NCBI GenBank assembly: GCA_039680575.1
Contig: JBDKSP010000011.1
Span: 1 to 64,000, forward strand
DNA length: 64,000 nt
DNA from: Armatimonadota bacterium
Lineage (GTDB): Bacteria; Armatimonadota; UBA5829; DTLH01
Reading direction: 5' to 3'
Numbering within the stretch: position 1 is the first letter of the stretch; every line of letters begins with the position of its first letter. Made by a program: the position numbers and the translations under genes. Below, one piece after another: positions 48,761 to 59,264 of the stretch. Under the pieces are notes generated by a model. It saw only the letters and a program-made list of their open reading frames with translations. It was not told where the DNA came from and did not search any database.

Positions 48761-50176
48761 ATGAGAAAAACAAAGATCGTTTGCACAATCGGACCTGCGT
48801 GCTCATCTGAAGAGTGCGTAAAGAACCTGATCAAGGCTGGTATGAACGTCGCACGGCTAAACTTCTCGCATGGGACGCAGGAGGAACATGCCGAACGGAT
48901 AGAGATGATACGTTCTCTTTCAGCATCGCTCGGCCAGCCAGTGGGGATATTGCAGGATTTGTCAGGTCCGAAGATCAGGCTGGGAATGATTGCCGCAAAA
49001 TGCGTTAATCTTGTAGAAGGCCGGAAATTCGTATTTACGACCCGGGAGGTTGCAGGCAGCGAAAAAGAAGTCACGCTTCCTTACCCGGAGTTTGTTGAGC
49101 AGGTAAAAAAGGGCAGCACGATCTTTGTTGATGACGCGCGGCTACAGTTCAGGGTTATCTCGAAAACTGATACAGACATAGTCACGAAAGTGGTGATAGG
49201 CGGAGAGCTGAGTTCCAGAAAAGGCGTAAGCGTTCCGGGTACCAGACTCTGCGCGGCTCCGCTCACCGAAAAGGACATATCCGATCTCGAGTTCGGACTG
49301 AAGCATGGCGTGGACTGGGTGGCTGTATCTTTCGTTCGGACCCCGAATGACAGAGCCGCAGCGGATGAAGTGATGAAACGGGTTGGGATCAAAAGGCCGC
49401 TTATAGCGAAGATAGAGCGTCCTGAAGCAGTAGCTGCTATTGATGAGATTATCGATGCATTTGATGGGATAATGGTCGCGCGAGGCGATCTGGGCATAGA
49501 GCTTGCTATTTATGATGTCCCGATCATTCAGAAATCGATTATCAAGAAGTGCAATGCAGCAGGAAAACCTGTAATTACCGCAACGCAGATGCTGGACTCC
49601 ATGATATCCAACCCCAGGCCAACGAGGGCTGAAGCATCGGATGTCGCCAATGCAATCCTCGACGGTACAGACGCGACAATGCTCTCAGGGGAGACAGCGG
49701 CTGGTGATTATCCTGTAGAATCGGTCAGAATGATGGCAAGAATCGCAAGGCGCGCAGAGCGGTCGATCTCCTATACCGAAGAACTGAGGGAAAGGACTGC
49801 TATGCCGGCCAGGAGTGTGACTGAGGCGATAGGTCAGGCAAGCGCCGAACTTGCTGCAGACCTCAAGGTAGCTGCGGTAGTTACCTGTACTGCTACAGGG
49901 ACAACCGCGCGGCTTGTATCCAAATACAGGCCTTCTTCTCTGATCGTGGCCGCTGTATCGAGGCCTGAAGCCGTTGGACAGTTGACGCTTTCGTGGGGTG
50001 TTTTGCCGCTGCCTGTTCCCGCATCGAATAGCACAGACGATCTCATCTATGTAGCGGTGAGGTCTGCGAGAAAAGCCGGATATGTCCGCCCTGGGGATAC
50101 GGTAGTCGTGACCGCAGGAGTACCTGTAGGGGTTCCCGGCAATACGAGCTTAATACGTGTGATAAGTGTGGAGTAA
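48761..50176 (+). CDS. pyk: Pyruvate kinase
   Basis: TKIVCTIGP, ARLNFSHG, MVARGDLG, TATQML.SM, PTRAE. Confidence 0.97.
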   Translation: MRKTKIVCTIGPACSSEECVKNLIKAGMNVARLNFSHGTQEEHAERIEMIRSLSASLGQPVGILQDLSGPKIRLGMIAAKCVNLVEGRKFVFTTREVAGSEKEVTLPYPEFVEQVKKGSTIFVDDARLQFRVISKTDTDIVTKVVIGGELSSRKGVSVPGTRLCAAPLTEKDISDLEFGLKHGVDWVAVSFVRTPNDRAAADEVMKRVGIKRPLIAKIERPEAVAAIDEIIDAFDGIMVARGDLGIELAIYDVPIIQKSIIKKCNAAGKPVITATQMLDSMISNPRPTRAEASDVANAILDGTDATMLSGETAAGDYPVESVRMMARIARRAERSISYTEELRERTAMPARSVTEAIGQASAELAADLKVAAVVTCTATGTTARLVSKYRPSSLIVAAVSRPEAVGQLTLSWGVLPLPVPASNSTDDLIYVAVRSARKAGYVRPGDTVVVTAGVPVGVPGNTSLIRVISVE

Positions 50177-50308
50177 TACGCCTGTTTGCTTCCAATGGCT
50201 TAGTGAGTTGTGTTATAAAGAAGCTGTGCGTAATGAGTTTTATGTGAAAACTGAAACTTTCCCGGAAGATTATCGGCAACAACCGGCAAATGATCAGTTG
50301 CCGGCAGC

Positions 50309-50362
50309 GCCGAGGGGTCTAGTAGGAGGAAGCTAGCCGAGGGGTCTATTAGGAGGAAGCTA
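50309..50362 (+). repeat. 27-bp tandem duplication containing the RBS of the SLBB gene
   Basis: GCCGAGGGGTCTAGTAGGGAGAAGCTA followed by GCCGAGGGGTCTATTAGGAGGAAGCTA. Confidence 0.8.
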
Positions 50363-51258
50363 TGAGACGTGTTTCCAGCCATATATCATATTTGATCGTT
50401 ATAACGGCTATGCTGGCGGTTTTTCTGACTATGCTGTCGATATCTGCATCTGCTCAGCAATCATCAAGCCGGATTTTTGTCCTGGGTTCTGTTAACAAAC
50501 CGGGTGAATATCCTTTTAGCGCCGGAATGACGGTAAAAGACGCAATAGAGCTTGCAGGCGGACTCCTGAACAACTACGAAAAAACATCCGCAGTGCTTGT
50601 GAGTGAAAAGAACGATAGGACTGCCATCAATTTGCAGGCAGTCTTGTCTGGTACAGAGATCGTTACGCTTTCGGCGGGTGATACGGTCATAGTCAGGCCT
50701 GCCAGCATACGCGTCGAAGGCCGCGTGAAGGTTCCGGGTGAGTTCAACCTGAAACGTGGGATGACGGCATCTGATGCGCTGACGCTTGCGGGCGGAGTCG
50801 ATGAGAACGGGGCACGTGAAGCGACCTATGTCACAAGAAACAGCAAAAAGATCAGCGCCAACCTCGATAAGCTGTCGTCAGCACTTCCTCTGGAACCGGA
50901 TGATGTTGTGACTGTCCCGGAATATCAGGCATCGGTAACAGGCGAGATAAATCAGCCTGGTACATATAGCCTCGTACCAGGGAAAACTGCTAACCTCGAT
51001 GCGCTGATACAGGCAGCGGGCGGAATTACCGCTAAGGCTGACCTGAAAAAAGTCCGAATATCGCCGCTTGAAGGGATCGACCGGCCTACCCGCATCGTCG
51101 ATGTGTCCAACGTGAGTGTGAGGCAGGCGACAAAAGTCGAATGTGGAGATGTTGCATTCATCCCGCAAGCACAGATACATCAAAAGCGAAAGATGTCGCT
51201 GGGTAATGCTACGCAGATCACATTGATGATTTATACGCTGCTTCAGATATTTAAATAA
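50362..51258 (+). CDS. SLBB-domain polysaccharide export-like protein (Wza/KpsD-related)
   Basis: Signal peptide, three V.G.V..PG.Y ... AGG repeats, and an amphipathic C-terminal helix. Confidence 0.8.
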   Translation: MRRVSSHISYLIVITAMLAVFLTMLSISASAQQSSSRIFVLGSVNKPGEYPFSAGMTVKDAIELAGGLLNNYEKTSAVLVSEKNDRTAINLQAVLSGTEIVTLSAGDTVIVRPASIRVEGRVKVPGEFNLKRGMTASDALTLAGGVDENGAREATYVTRNSKKISANLDKLSSALPLEPDDVVTVPEYQASVTGEINQPGTYSLVPGKTANLDALIQAAGGITAKADLKKVRISPLEGIDRPTRIVDVSNVSVRQATKVECGDVAFIPQAQIHQKRKMSLGNATQITLMIYTLLQIFK

Positions 51259-51723
51259 TCACAGTCCCCCGCCAGTATCCTGAGGTTCTGCATAGGTGTC
51301 TGATGAGTTCGGACGGACCGGGTCGGATACGACATGCGGTTTGCGGTTGTTATTGTTTGGCACGGGGCGGTTGTAACCCGAATTCCGAGGGTTTTGGTTT
51401 TGAGGCGGCACTGGTTGCAGCTGTACAGGCGCTGTCTGTTGCCGTGATGTTGGGGCAGCCTGGTTGGCCTGCTGTGGCGATTCTCTCATAAAGAGCATCC
51501 AGTAAGCTATAGCGAATATGATTAAAGTCGCCACGGAGATTATGGCGATCATCATCTTTTGGTCTTTTTCCTGGGTTTTTTGCTTCTGGTCGCGTGCCTT
51601 GTCGTCAGCCTTCCGCCGCTTGGCGTGTTCGGTTGCTTCCATTACGTCCTTCAGCAGGTCTTTGTTGATTAGGCTATCGCCATCGTCTAGCTGATTCAGG
51701 TCCAGACGCTTGTCATTTGCCAT
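51259..51723 (-). CDS. Hypothetical single-pass membrane protein
   Basis: Charged N-terminus, one TM helix, Pro/Gln/Asn-rich tail; GAGG RBS. Confidence 0.65.
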   Translation of the reverse strand: MANDKRLDLNQLDDGDSLINKDLLKDVMEATEHAKRRKADDKARDQKQKTQEKDQKMMIAIISVATLIIFAIAYWMLFMRESPQQANQAAPTSRQQTAPVQLQPVPPQNQNPRNSGYNRPVPNNNNRKPHVVSDPVRPNSSDTYAEPQDTGGGL

Positions 51724-51889
51724 TTATTTTCGCCTCACATAAAGCTTTGTATTTATATTACCCATGCTACCATTGCATGACATAAGGTTCAACCCCTAAT
51801 TTGGATTATATGGCGTGGGTAACGGTTGCTGGATATGCGCAGGAGTGATATAATTTCTCGATTCCGAAGTATGAACGGAGAACCGAAAT

Positions 51890-52180
51890 TTGAAGCTGAC
51901 AAGGGAAGAAGTAACCCAGATAGCGTTCCTTGCGAGGCTCGAACTGAGCGATCAGGAAGCGGATAACCTAGGCGGTCATTTGAACAGGCTCCTCGAAAAC
52001 TTTGAAAAGTTGAAAGAGATCGATACGGAAGATGTGGAGCCGACTTCTCATACAATCCCGGTGCATAATGTGCTCCGAAAGGATGTTTCCCGTCCTTCGC
52101 TTCCCCCGGAAGAGGTTTTGGCCAACGCCCCGGAACGCGCTGATGATACATTTGAAGTTCCAAGGATAGTGGAGACGTAG
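51890..52180 (+). CDS. gatC: Asp/Glu-tRNA amidotransferase subunit C
   Basis: IAFLARLEL, VEPTSH, NAP, F.VPRI; upstream of gatA. Confidence 0.95.
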   Translation: MKLTREEVTQIAFLARLELSDQEADNLGGHLNRLLENFEKLKEIDTEDVEPTSHTIPVHNVLRKDVSRPSLPPEEVLANAPERADDTFEVPRIVET

Positions 52181-52183
52181 GAT

Positions 52184-53650
52184 ATGGTAGACGGACTGTA
52201 TAAACTGACGGCTCATGAGCTTCACGACCTCATCCGTACCAGGCAGGTGACCGCAAAAGAAGTCACAGAGTCTGTCTTGGCGCGGGTAGGGGACGTGGAT
52301 GACCGCGTAAAGTCCTACGTCACCGTAACCGGCGAGCTTGCGCTTGCCCAGGCGGATGCCGTGGACGCCAGAGTCGCGGCCGGAGAAAAAATATCTCCGC
52401 TTGCGGGCATTCCATTTGCACTGAAAGACAATATGAGCACCCGTGGTATCCTTACCACCTGCTCATCGAAGATTTTATATAACTATAAGCCGGTCTACGA
52501 CGCTACTGTCGTGGAGCGTATAGCAGGCGCGGGCGGTATAACAGTCGGTAAGACGAACCTGGATGAGTTCGCTATGGGGTCATCCACAGAAAACTCCGCG
52601 TTATTTACATCGAAGAACCCGTGGGACCTAGATACGGTCCCTGGTGGGTCGAGCGGCGGGTCATCTGCAGCGGTCGCGGCGGATGAAGCCGTTATAGCGT
52701 TCGGTTCCGACACCGGCGGCTCAATCAGGCAGCCTGCGTCGTTCTGCGGCGTGGTCGGGATGAAGCCGACATATGGCCGGGTGTCTCGCTACGGGCTTAT
52801 CGCCTTTGCGTCGTCGCTCGATCAGATAGGTCCCATCACCAAAGATGTCACGGACTGCGCTCTTGCTATGAATGTGATATGCGGGCACGATTCCTGTGAC
52901 TCGACATCGCTCGATGTGCCTGTCCCGGACTTCACCAAGTCGCTTGTGCCGGATGTGAAGGGCGTCAAGATCGGTATTCCTGAGGAGTTCTTTGCTCAGG
53001 GAGTGACGCCAGAGGTTTCGGATGCCGTTATGAAGGCTGTCGAGGTCCTTAAGGGGCTTGGAGCCGAGTACAAAGAAACCTCGATGCCGATGGTCGAGTA
53101 CGGCCTGCCGACATACTATATAATCGCTCCGGCTGAGGCCAGTTCCAACCTTGCGAGGTATGATGGCGTCCGCTTTGGTCTTAGAAGCGATGACAGCCCG
53201 GACCCGATCACGATGTTCAGAAAGACCCGCGAGGCCGGTTTCGGACCTGAAGTCAAACAGCGGATTATGATCGGCACGTATGCCCTTTCTGCGGGCTATT
53301 ATGATGCCTATTACCTCAAAGCTCAGAAGGTGCGGACGCTGATCCGCCAGAGCTTCGAGAGACTGTTCGAGGAGTTCGATGTATTGATAGCGCCGACCTC
53401 ACCGACCGTAGCATTCGGCATCGGAGAGCGTGCCGCGGACCCGTTCAGCATGAAACTTGCGGATATTCTGACGATTCCGGCTAACATGGCGGGAATCCCA
53501 GCTATTTCAGTCCCGTGCGGGTTCCATAACGGCCTGCCTATTGGCCTGCAGATCATCGGAAAATCACTCGATGAAGAAACGATCATTCGCGTAGCCTATG
53601 CATTCGAGCAAGCAACCGACTATCATCGGCAGAAGCCGAATTTGATGTAA
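52184..53650 (+). CDS. gatA: Asp/Glu-tRNA amidotransferase subunit A
   Basis: [43 protein letters not shown]. Confidence 0.98.
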   Translation: MVDGLYKLTAHELHDLIRTRQVTAKEVTESVLARVGDVDDRVKSYVTVTGELALAQADAVDARVAAGEKISPLAGIPFALKDNMSTRGILTTCSSKILYNYKPVYDATVVERIAGAGGITVGKTNLDEFAMGSSTENSALFTSKNPWDLDTVPGGSSGGSSAAVAADEAVIAFGSDTGGSIRQPASFCGVVGMKPTYGRVSRYGLIAFASSLDQIGPITKDVTDCALAMNVICGHDSCDSTSLDVPVPDFTKSLVPDVKGVKIGIPEEFFAQGVTPEVSDAVMKAVEVLKGLGAEYKETSMPMVEYGLPTYYIIAPAEASSNLARYDGVRFGLRSDDSPDPITMFRKTREAGFGPEVKQRIMIGTYALSAGYYDAYYLKAQKVRTLIRQSFERLFEEFDVLIAPTSPTVAFGIGERAADPFSMKLADILTIPANMAGIPAISVPCGFHNGLPIGLQIIGKSLDEETIIRVAYAFEQATDYHRQKPNLM

Positions 53651-53955
53651 GATGTAAGGATGTAAGATGAATGGTGCAAATCTGCACCATTCTCATCCCT
53701 AAATCCTGAATTGATGGTGCGCGGTTTGCAACCGTGCATTTGAAAGAATCCCGCCATTTGTAATGGCTTTTTCTGGATTATAAATCCAGATGTTCTTTTT
53801 CGGACGCGATTGCAAATCGCATCCGATCAAAGGCGATTTAATATGCTTCGGGACCGCTTTTCGTCCCGAAGCGCGAGTCTCCACTAATCCGATAAGTTGG
53901 CTTCGGTGCAAAATACGCGCGCTGAAGCATCACTGAATCCTGAATCTTATCCTAA
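53645..53955. repeat. Cluster of about 7 REP-like hairpins and short heptamer repeats between gatA and gatB
   Basis: GAATGGTGCA/TGCACCATTC, CGGTTTGCAACCG, GCCATTTGTAATGGC, TCTGGATTATAAATCCAGA, CGGACGCGATTGCAAATCGCATCCG, GCTTCGGGAC/GTCCCGAAGC. Confidence 0.65.
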
Positions 53956-53971
53956 GTTGAGTAGATAACAA

Positions 53972-55423
53972 ATGATTGAGTACGAGCCTGTAATCGGTAT
54001 GGAAGTCCATGCGGAACTCTTGACGGAGAGCAAGATGTTCTGCGGGTGCAAGGTAGCATTCGGCGGAGAGCCGAACACAAGGTGCTGCCCGGTCTGCATC
54101 GGCCTGCCGGGGTCGCTTCCGGTAATGAACGAGCGTGCGGTGCATTTTGTCGCCCGAACAGCGCTTGCGCTGAACTGCAAGATATCCGAGCACAGTATAT
54201 TCCACCGGAAGAACTACTTCTACCCGGACCTCCCGAAGGGTTATCAGATTTCGCAATATGGGGAAACTCCTATCGGTATTGGTGGGTATGTCGAGATCAA
54301 CGTGAACGGCAAGACCAAGCGGATCGGTATCAAGCGGGTGCACCTCGAAGAAGATACCGGTAAGCTCTTTCATGTAGAAGGCGATAAGAGCCAGATAGAC
54401 TACAACAGAAGCGGCGTTCCGCTGATGGAGATCGTTACCGAGCACGACCCCGCCAAGGGGTTCGACCAGATCAACTCCGCCGAAGAAGCGCGTGAGTATC
54501 TAGTCAGGTTACGCTCGATTATAATTTATCTCGGAGTCTCGGACGGCAAAATGGAGGAGGGAAGTATGCGGTGCGAGCCGAATATCTCCATAAGGCCGAA
54601 AGGGAGCAGTGAGTTCGGGACAAGAACAGAGATCAAGAACCTGAACAGCTTCAAAGCCGTCTATGGCGGCGTGCAGTATGAAGTCGAGCGGCAGGCGAAG
54701 ATCCTTAATCGCGGCGGGACAGTTGTCCACGAGACCCGAAGGTGGGATGATTCCCGTGGAGTGACAGCTGTGATGCGCAGCAAGGAGATGGAACAGGAGT
54801 ATCGTTATTTCCCGGAACCGGACCTTGTGCCGCTCCAGTTCGATCCTGCATGGATAGAGGAGCAGAGAAAGCTTCTGCCGGAGCTTCCGCAAGAGAAAAA
54901 ACGCCGGTTTGTCGAGCAGTTCGGGATACCCGATGCCGATGCCGAGGTACTGACGGACTCGAAAGCCCTGGCTGCGTTCTATGAGACGGCTGTTCAGGAC
55001 TACCATGACCCGAAAGTTGTCGCAAACTGGGTTATGGGTGATTTCCTGAGGATGCTTAACGCAGCCGGTTTGGATGCCGACCAGTCGAAGATCGCTCCAG
55101 AGCATATTGTAGAGATGCTGAAACTCATAGACAACGGGACGATCAGCGGAAAGATAGCGAAAACCGTCTTTGCTGATATGTTCGAGACAGGAAAACGTCC
55201 TGAAGAGATCGTCAAAGAAAAGGGACTTGTCCAGATAACCGATGAGAGCGCTATCGAAACTGCAGTAGACCAGGTGTTGAAAGATAACCCTGCCGAAGTC
55301 GAAAAATACCGTGCCGGAAAGCAGGAGTTGATGGGGTTCTTCGTCGGCCAGGTGATGCGTTCTACCAGAGGGAAGGCGAACCCGGGCACAGTCAATAAAT
55401 TGCTTAAAGAAAAACTCGCATAA
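53972..55423 (+). CDS. gatB: Asp/Glu-tRNA amidotransferase subunit B
   Basis: [42 protein letters not shown]. Confidence 0.98.
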   Translation: MIEYEPVIGMEVHAELLTESKMFCGCKVAFGGEPNTRCCPVCIGLPGSLPVMNERAVHFVARTALALNCKISEHSIFHRKNYFYPDLPKGYQISQYGETPIGIGGYVEINVNGKTKRIGIKRVHLEEDTGKLFHVEGDKSQIDYNRSGVPLMEIVTEHDPAKGFDQINSAEEAREYLVRLRSIIIYLGVSDGKMEEGSMRCEPNISIRPKGSSEFGTRTEIKNLNSFKAVYGGVQYEVERQAKILNRGGTVVHETRRWDDSRGVTAVMRSKEMEQEYRYFPEPDLVPLQFDPAWIEEQRKLLPELPQEKKRRFVEQFGIPDADAEVLTDSKALAAFYETAVQDYHDPKVVANWVMGDFLRMLNAAGLDADQSKIAPEHIVEMLKLIDNGTISGKIAKTVFADMFETGKRPEEIVKEKGLVQITDESAIETAVDQVLKDNPAEVEKYRAGKQELMGFFVGQVMRSTRGKANPGTVNKLLKEKLA

Positions 55424-55502
55424 TATTCTGGACATAGCACGGAACGGATTGTGTTCAGCTGCAAAATACAGGGAAGATTTGCTTTATTGGATGAGGTGTT
55501 GA

Positions 55503-56339
55503 ATGGAATCGATAGGTGAAGCACTTAAAGCTCGACGGGCCGAAAAAGGGTTCAGCCTTAAGGATGTTTTTGAAGCGACCAAGATAACCATGCAGAACCT
55601 TGCTGCTCTTGAGGAAAATCGCTTCGATGCGTTCGCCAACAAGGTCTACGCAAGGGCTTTTTTAAGGGATTATGCTAATTTTCTGGGGTTGGACAGCACT
55701 GAGATGCTGCAGAACTATGAATCGGAATGGGTGACATCTACTCCTGTGCCGGTGGTTCAGAAGAAACGTTCGCCTGTCGCGGCGGTTATAATCGTCGTAT
55801 TACTGCTTGCGGGGCTTGGTGCCGGAGCTTATTACTATTATCCAAAATATGTAAATTCGATGGATAAGAAACCTGCCGCCACGCCGGTTACGCAGAAACC
55901 TGAACCTAAACCAGATGTGAAGCCAACACCTGTAACTGCTCCGAATGGCACAGCCGCTAAACCTAAACCTGGAAACAACCAGGTCAACCCGGCTGTTCCT
56001 GTTGCAAACGGTGCAATTCCAACCAGCCAGCCAGGGAAACCTGCAGCTAATGGCACTGATAAACCTGCCCAGCCTGCCAAGAAACCGGCTCCCGCTGTGC
56101 TACCGGGCCAGGTAAGAGTAGAGTTGACGGCGCGCCAGGATGTATGGGTTCACATCAAGACTGATGGTGAGACGGCGATTATCAAGACATTGAAAGCCGG
56201 AGAGAAGGCAGCTGTCGCAGGCAAGGTCGTCTCCGTAAGAGCCGGAAGCTCGGGCGCGCTCGATGTAACCGTGAATGGAAAGAAACTTGGCAAGTTCGGT
56301 CCTGCTGGCCAACCGACGACCAGAACGTTCAAGCCTTAG
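55503..56339 (+). CDS. rodZ: RodZ-like protein (XRE-like HTH, TM, Pro-rich linker, DUF4115)
   Basis: IGEALKARR, ALEE, YARAFLRDYANFLGLD, TM helix, VWV...DG...VNGK. Confidence 0.75.
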   Translation: MESIGEALKARRAEKGFSLKDVFEATKITMQNLAALEENRFDAFANKVYARAFLRDYANFLGLDSTEMLQNYESEWVTSTPVPVVQKKRSPVAAVIIVVLLLAGLGAGAYYYYPKYVNSMDKKPAATPVTQKPEPKPDVKPTPVTAPNGTAAKPKPGNNQVNPAVPVANGAIPTSQPGKPAANGTDKPAQPAKKPAPAVLPGQVRVELTARQDVWVHIKTDGETAIIKTLKAGEKAAVAGKVVSVRAGSSGALDVTVNGKKLGKFGPAGQPTTRTFKP

Positions 56340-56362
56340 TTTAGAGAAATAGAAATAGGATT

Positions 56363-56397
56363 AAGGGGAATGGTGGAGATTTCCGCCATTCCCTTTT
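56363..56397 (+). terminator. Intrinsic terminator / REP-like hairpin
   Basis: AAGGGGAATGGTGGA-gatt-TCCGCCATTCCCTTTT. Confidence 0.65.
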
Positions 56398-56580
56398 CGC
56401 GTTTTTCGTGCTTCCTCGCGCATTTCGCGATTCAAAACTGACTGCTGTCCTCCGATGTTTAGCACTCATACCCCACGGGAAGATAAAAAGAGGGCGAATG
56501 GCTTCGCGATACTTTGGTACGTGATGTTCAAGACGCTTGAAACGTCGTAAGCTCCTACCGATCTGAGGAGGGAAGTTGAA

Positions 56581-57189
56581 ATGGAAGATGAGATCCATGT
56601 TCAGCGAGAGGAAGAAGCCGGTCGAAGAGGTGGCGCCGCATCAGCGTATGCAGGCGCATATGCCCAGCCGGTTGAGCGTGGAATTCTATTAAAAGATAGA
56701 GTTAGGTGGGCTTCGGTCTGGGGCGGTTATCTTGTAGCGTTCGCGCTCCAGCTCTGGCTTACTGTCCTTGGATTTGCCATTTTTGGTCAGGGGTTGGGTG
56801 CAGCAACAACTTCAGTGACGACAGGCCTGGTAATTTGGGCTGGAGTCGCAGCCCTGATTGCGCTTTTCGTAGGAGGACTCCTAGCAGCAAGGTTAGGTGG
56901 AATCGCTGGAACCGATAATGGCATATACAACGGCGTAGTGCTGTGGGGTCTGTCATTTGTTATCTTGATGGTCCTTGCATCGCTCGGCGCAGGAGGAGTG
57001 CTCGGCGCAATGCTTGGACAGACTGGTGGAGGCGCTCCAACAACACCTGGAGCAACATCGACAGCTCTTGGAACAGCTACGACAGGAGCGTGGTGGTTCT
57101 TCATTTTCCAGTTCCTGGCATTAGTAGCGGCAGCCGCAGGCGGTGCCCTTGGTGCTCGCCCGGCTCCAGAAGAGGAAGCAAGCCGGTAA
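56581..57189 (+). CDS. Gly/Ala-rich four-TM membrane protein (RVRWASVWGG family), function unknown
   Basis: Four hydrophobic helices, G..NG.V.WG motif, GAGGAGG RBS. Confidence 0.75.
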   Translation: MEDEIHVQREEEAGRRGGAASAYAGAYAQPVERGILLKDRVRWASVWGGYLVAFALQLWLTVLGFAIFGQGLGAATTSVTTGLVIWAGVAALIALFVGGLLAARLGGIAGTDNGIYNGVVLWGLSFVILMVLASLGAGGVLGAMLGQTGGGAPTTPGATSTALGTATTGAWWFFIFQFLALVAAAAGGALGARPAPEEEASR

Positions 57190-57219
57190 CAAATAATTAT
57201 CCTGAATTGAACTTGGTTT

Positions 57220-57250
57220 AGGGGCGGATCTACAGGGTCCGCCCCTTTTT
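57220..57250 (+). terminator. Intrinsic terminator
   Basis: AGGGGCGGATC-tacag-GGTCCGCCCCT followed by a T run. Confidence 0.8.
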
Positions 57251-57391
57251 CGATTCTACGGGTGAATAAGGAGTCAAACAAAAGGAAATAACCATCGGCA
57301 CGGATAAGTGGTCTCAGGAACAAGAAGATAGCAAGTTGATCAGCAAGAGCGTTATCCATGGGGATCATGAATGACGCTGGTTAGGACGAAA

Positions 57392-58174
57392 ATGGCAATA
57401 CTTATCAGTAATGACGATGGTATCCACTCAGAAGGGATACTTGCACTAAAAAATGCTCTTCAAGAGCTTGGCAGAGTAGTTGTAGTTGCCCCGGACAGGC
57501 CGAGAAGTGCCTCAGGACACTCGATAACGCTTCACAAACCGCTTCGGGTAGAGAAAGTGCGGATGCTCGACGGTGATTTCGGCTATGCCACGAACGGGAC
57601 GCCGTCGGACTGTGTCTCACTCGGTGTGCTGGATGTCGTAGGCGAAAAAGTCGACCTCGTCGTCTCAGGTATCAACCGCGGACCGAACCTAGGCTGGGAC
57701 CTTACATACTCCGGAACCGTATCCGCTGCTATGGAAGGCGTTGTCATGGGCGTGCAGTCTTTTGCTATCTCGGTGGCGTCTTACAAAGAGGATGCCGGAT
57801 ACGACTACGCCGCGAAGTTTGCTGTATTTATGGGTAAATTGCTTCTCGAAAACCCGCTTCCTGAAAGCGTGTTGCTCAGTGTAAACGTACCGGGCATTCT
57901 CCCGGATGAAATCAGAGGGATAGAAGTCACCCGGCAGGGTAAAAGGCACTACGCGGGACGGATCGAAAAACGGACTGACCCTATGGGGCGGGCTTACTAC
58001 TGGCTCGGCGGCGATATGCCGCTTGATAACCTGGAAGAAGGCACCGATGTGAAAGCCATCGCGGATGATAAAGTCTCTGTTACGCCCATTCATCTTGATC
58101 TGACGGGGTATCCGGCGCTCGATATAGTGAAAGGGTGGGGCGTAGAGTCATTTAAATATCGAACAGGCAGTTGA
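57392..58174 (+). CDS. surE: 5'/3'-nucleotidase SurE
   Basis: [37 protein letters not shown]. Confidence 0.96.
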   Translation: MAILISNDDGIHSEGILALKNALQELGRVVVVAPDRPRSASGHSITLHKPLRVEKVRMLDGDFGYATNGTPSDCVSLGVLDVVGEKVDLVVSGINRGPNLGWDLTYSGTVSAAMEGVVMGVQSFAISVASYKEDAGYDYAAKFAVFMGKLLLENPLPESVLLSVNVPGILPDEIRGIEVTRQGKRHYAGRIEKRTDPMGRAYYWLGGDMPLDNLEEGTDVKAIADDKVSVTPIHLDLTGYPALDIVKGWGVESFKYRTGS

Positions 58175-58217
58175 TGTTATAAATATATCCACAGTTAATA
58201 ACGGAGGAATTGGCAGG

Positions 58218-58952
58218 TTGGATAAAACAATTCGAGTAACGGTATGGAACGAGTTCCGGCACGAAAAGGACCTGAATGACAAGACTTCGAAAGTGTATCC
58301 TGACGGGATACATACGGTTATCGCAAAGAATCTCAGCTCTCAACCCGGGTTTGTTGTGCAGACGGCGACACTGGATGAGCCGGAGCACGGGCTGACTGAG
58401 GAAGTGCTTAAAAACACGGACGTTTTGATCTGGTGGGCTCATATGGCGCATCATGAGGTCTCTGATGAGATCGTGGAGCGGGTTCATCAGCGGATTATTA
58501 CAGACGGTATGGGGCTGATCGTCCTGCACTCAGGGCATTTTTCAAAAATATTCAAAAAACTGATGGGGACCGGATGCGACCTCAAGTGGCGCGAAGTAGG
58601 TGAAAAGGAACGGATTTGGGTCATCGACCGGGCACACCCGATAGCGGAAGGACTGCCGGACTATTTCGAGCTCCCCCAAACGGAGATGTACGGCGAGCCG
58701 TTCGGTATTCCCAGCCCCGACGAACTGGTTTTCATCAGTTGGTTCCAGGGTGGAGAGGTCTTCAGAAGCGGCTGCTGCTGGCACAGAGGCATGGGCAAGG
58801 TTTTCTACTTCCGTCCGGGACATGAGACCTATCCGATCTTCTTCAATGAGACCGTGATGAAGGTCATCTCGAACGGTATCAAGTGGGCTGCCCCGACGTG
58901 CGGACCCGCGTTCATACAGGGCGAAAGAAAACCGCTTGAGAAGCTGGGCTGA
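58218..58952 (+). CDS. thuA: ThuA-family (trehalose utilization) protein
   Basis: [43 protein letters not shown]. Confidence 0.9.
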   Translation: MDKTIRVTVWNEFRHEKDLNDKTSKVYPDGIHTVIAKNLSSQPGFVVQTATLDEPEHGLTEEVLKNTDVLIWWAHMAHHEVSDEIVERVHQRIITDGMGLIVLHSGHFSKIFKKLMGTGCDLKWREVGEKERIWVIDRAHPIAEGLPDYFELPQTEMYGEPFGIPSPDELVFISWFQGGEVFRSGCCWHRGMGKVFYFRPGHETYPIFFNETVMKVISNGIKWAAPTCGPAFIQGERKPLEKLG

Positions 58953-59060
58953 GATTTAGAACCGCGGAGACGCGGAATGAATGGAAGCGCGGATTTAGCG
59001 GATTTTGCGAATGGTGGAGATTTACGGCACCTAACCCTATGCTCCGGCATCGCAGTTCAT

Positions 59061-59123
59061 CTACCCCGTGGACCTACTGGACCACGGGGGTATTAACCGT
59101 GGACCTACCGGACCACGGGGTAG
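59061..59123. repeat. Tandem palindromic doublet upstream of the HNH gene
   Basis: Two copies of CCGTGGACCTAC(T/C)GGACCACGGGG, enclosed by CTACCCCGTGG...CCACGGGGTAG. Confidence 0.7.
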
Positions 59124-59264
59124 AAGCACGAGTCTCCCGGAAGGGCAAATGAGGCATCTCTGATGCCGGGTGATCGGTTGAGGTCGAATAACCGGGATCA
59201 GAGATCCCTATCCGGCCTATGCGGGCTGGATTGCAAATACGCCCGAGAAAAAGGAACAGGTTCA

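Noticed and set aside
53699..53911. 70-aa minus-strand ORF between gatA and gatB
   Set aside because: It runs through the hairpin cluster and has no recognisable motif or RBS.
54509..55435. Long antisense ORFs (this one, and 35841-36716, 40333-41100, 19127-19822, 4736-5407)
   Set aside because: They are shadows of well-supported genes on the opposite strand.
59163..59264. Longer N-terminus for the HNH ORF
   Set aside because: It overlaps palindromic repeats; an AAGGA RBS supports ATG 59265.
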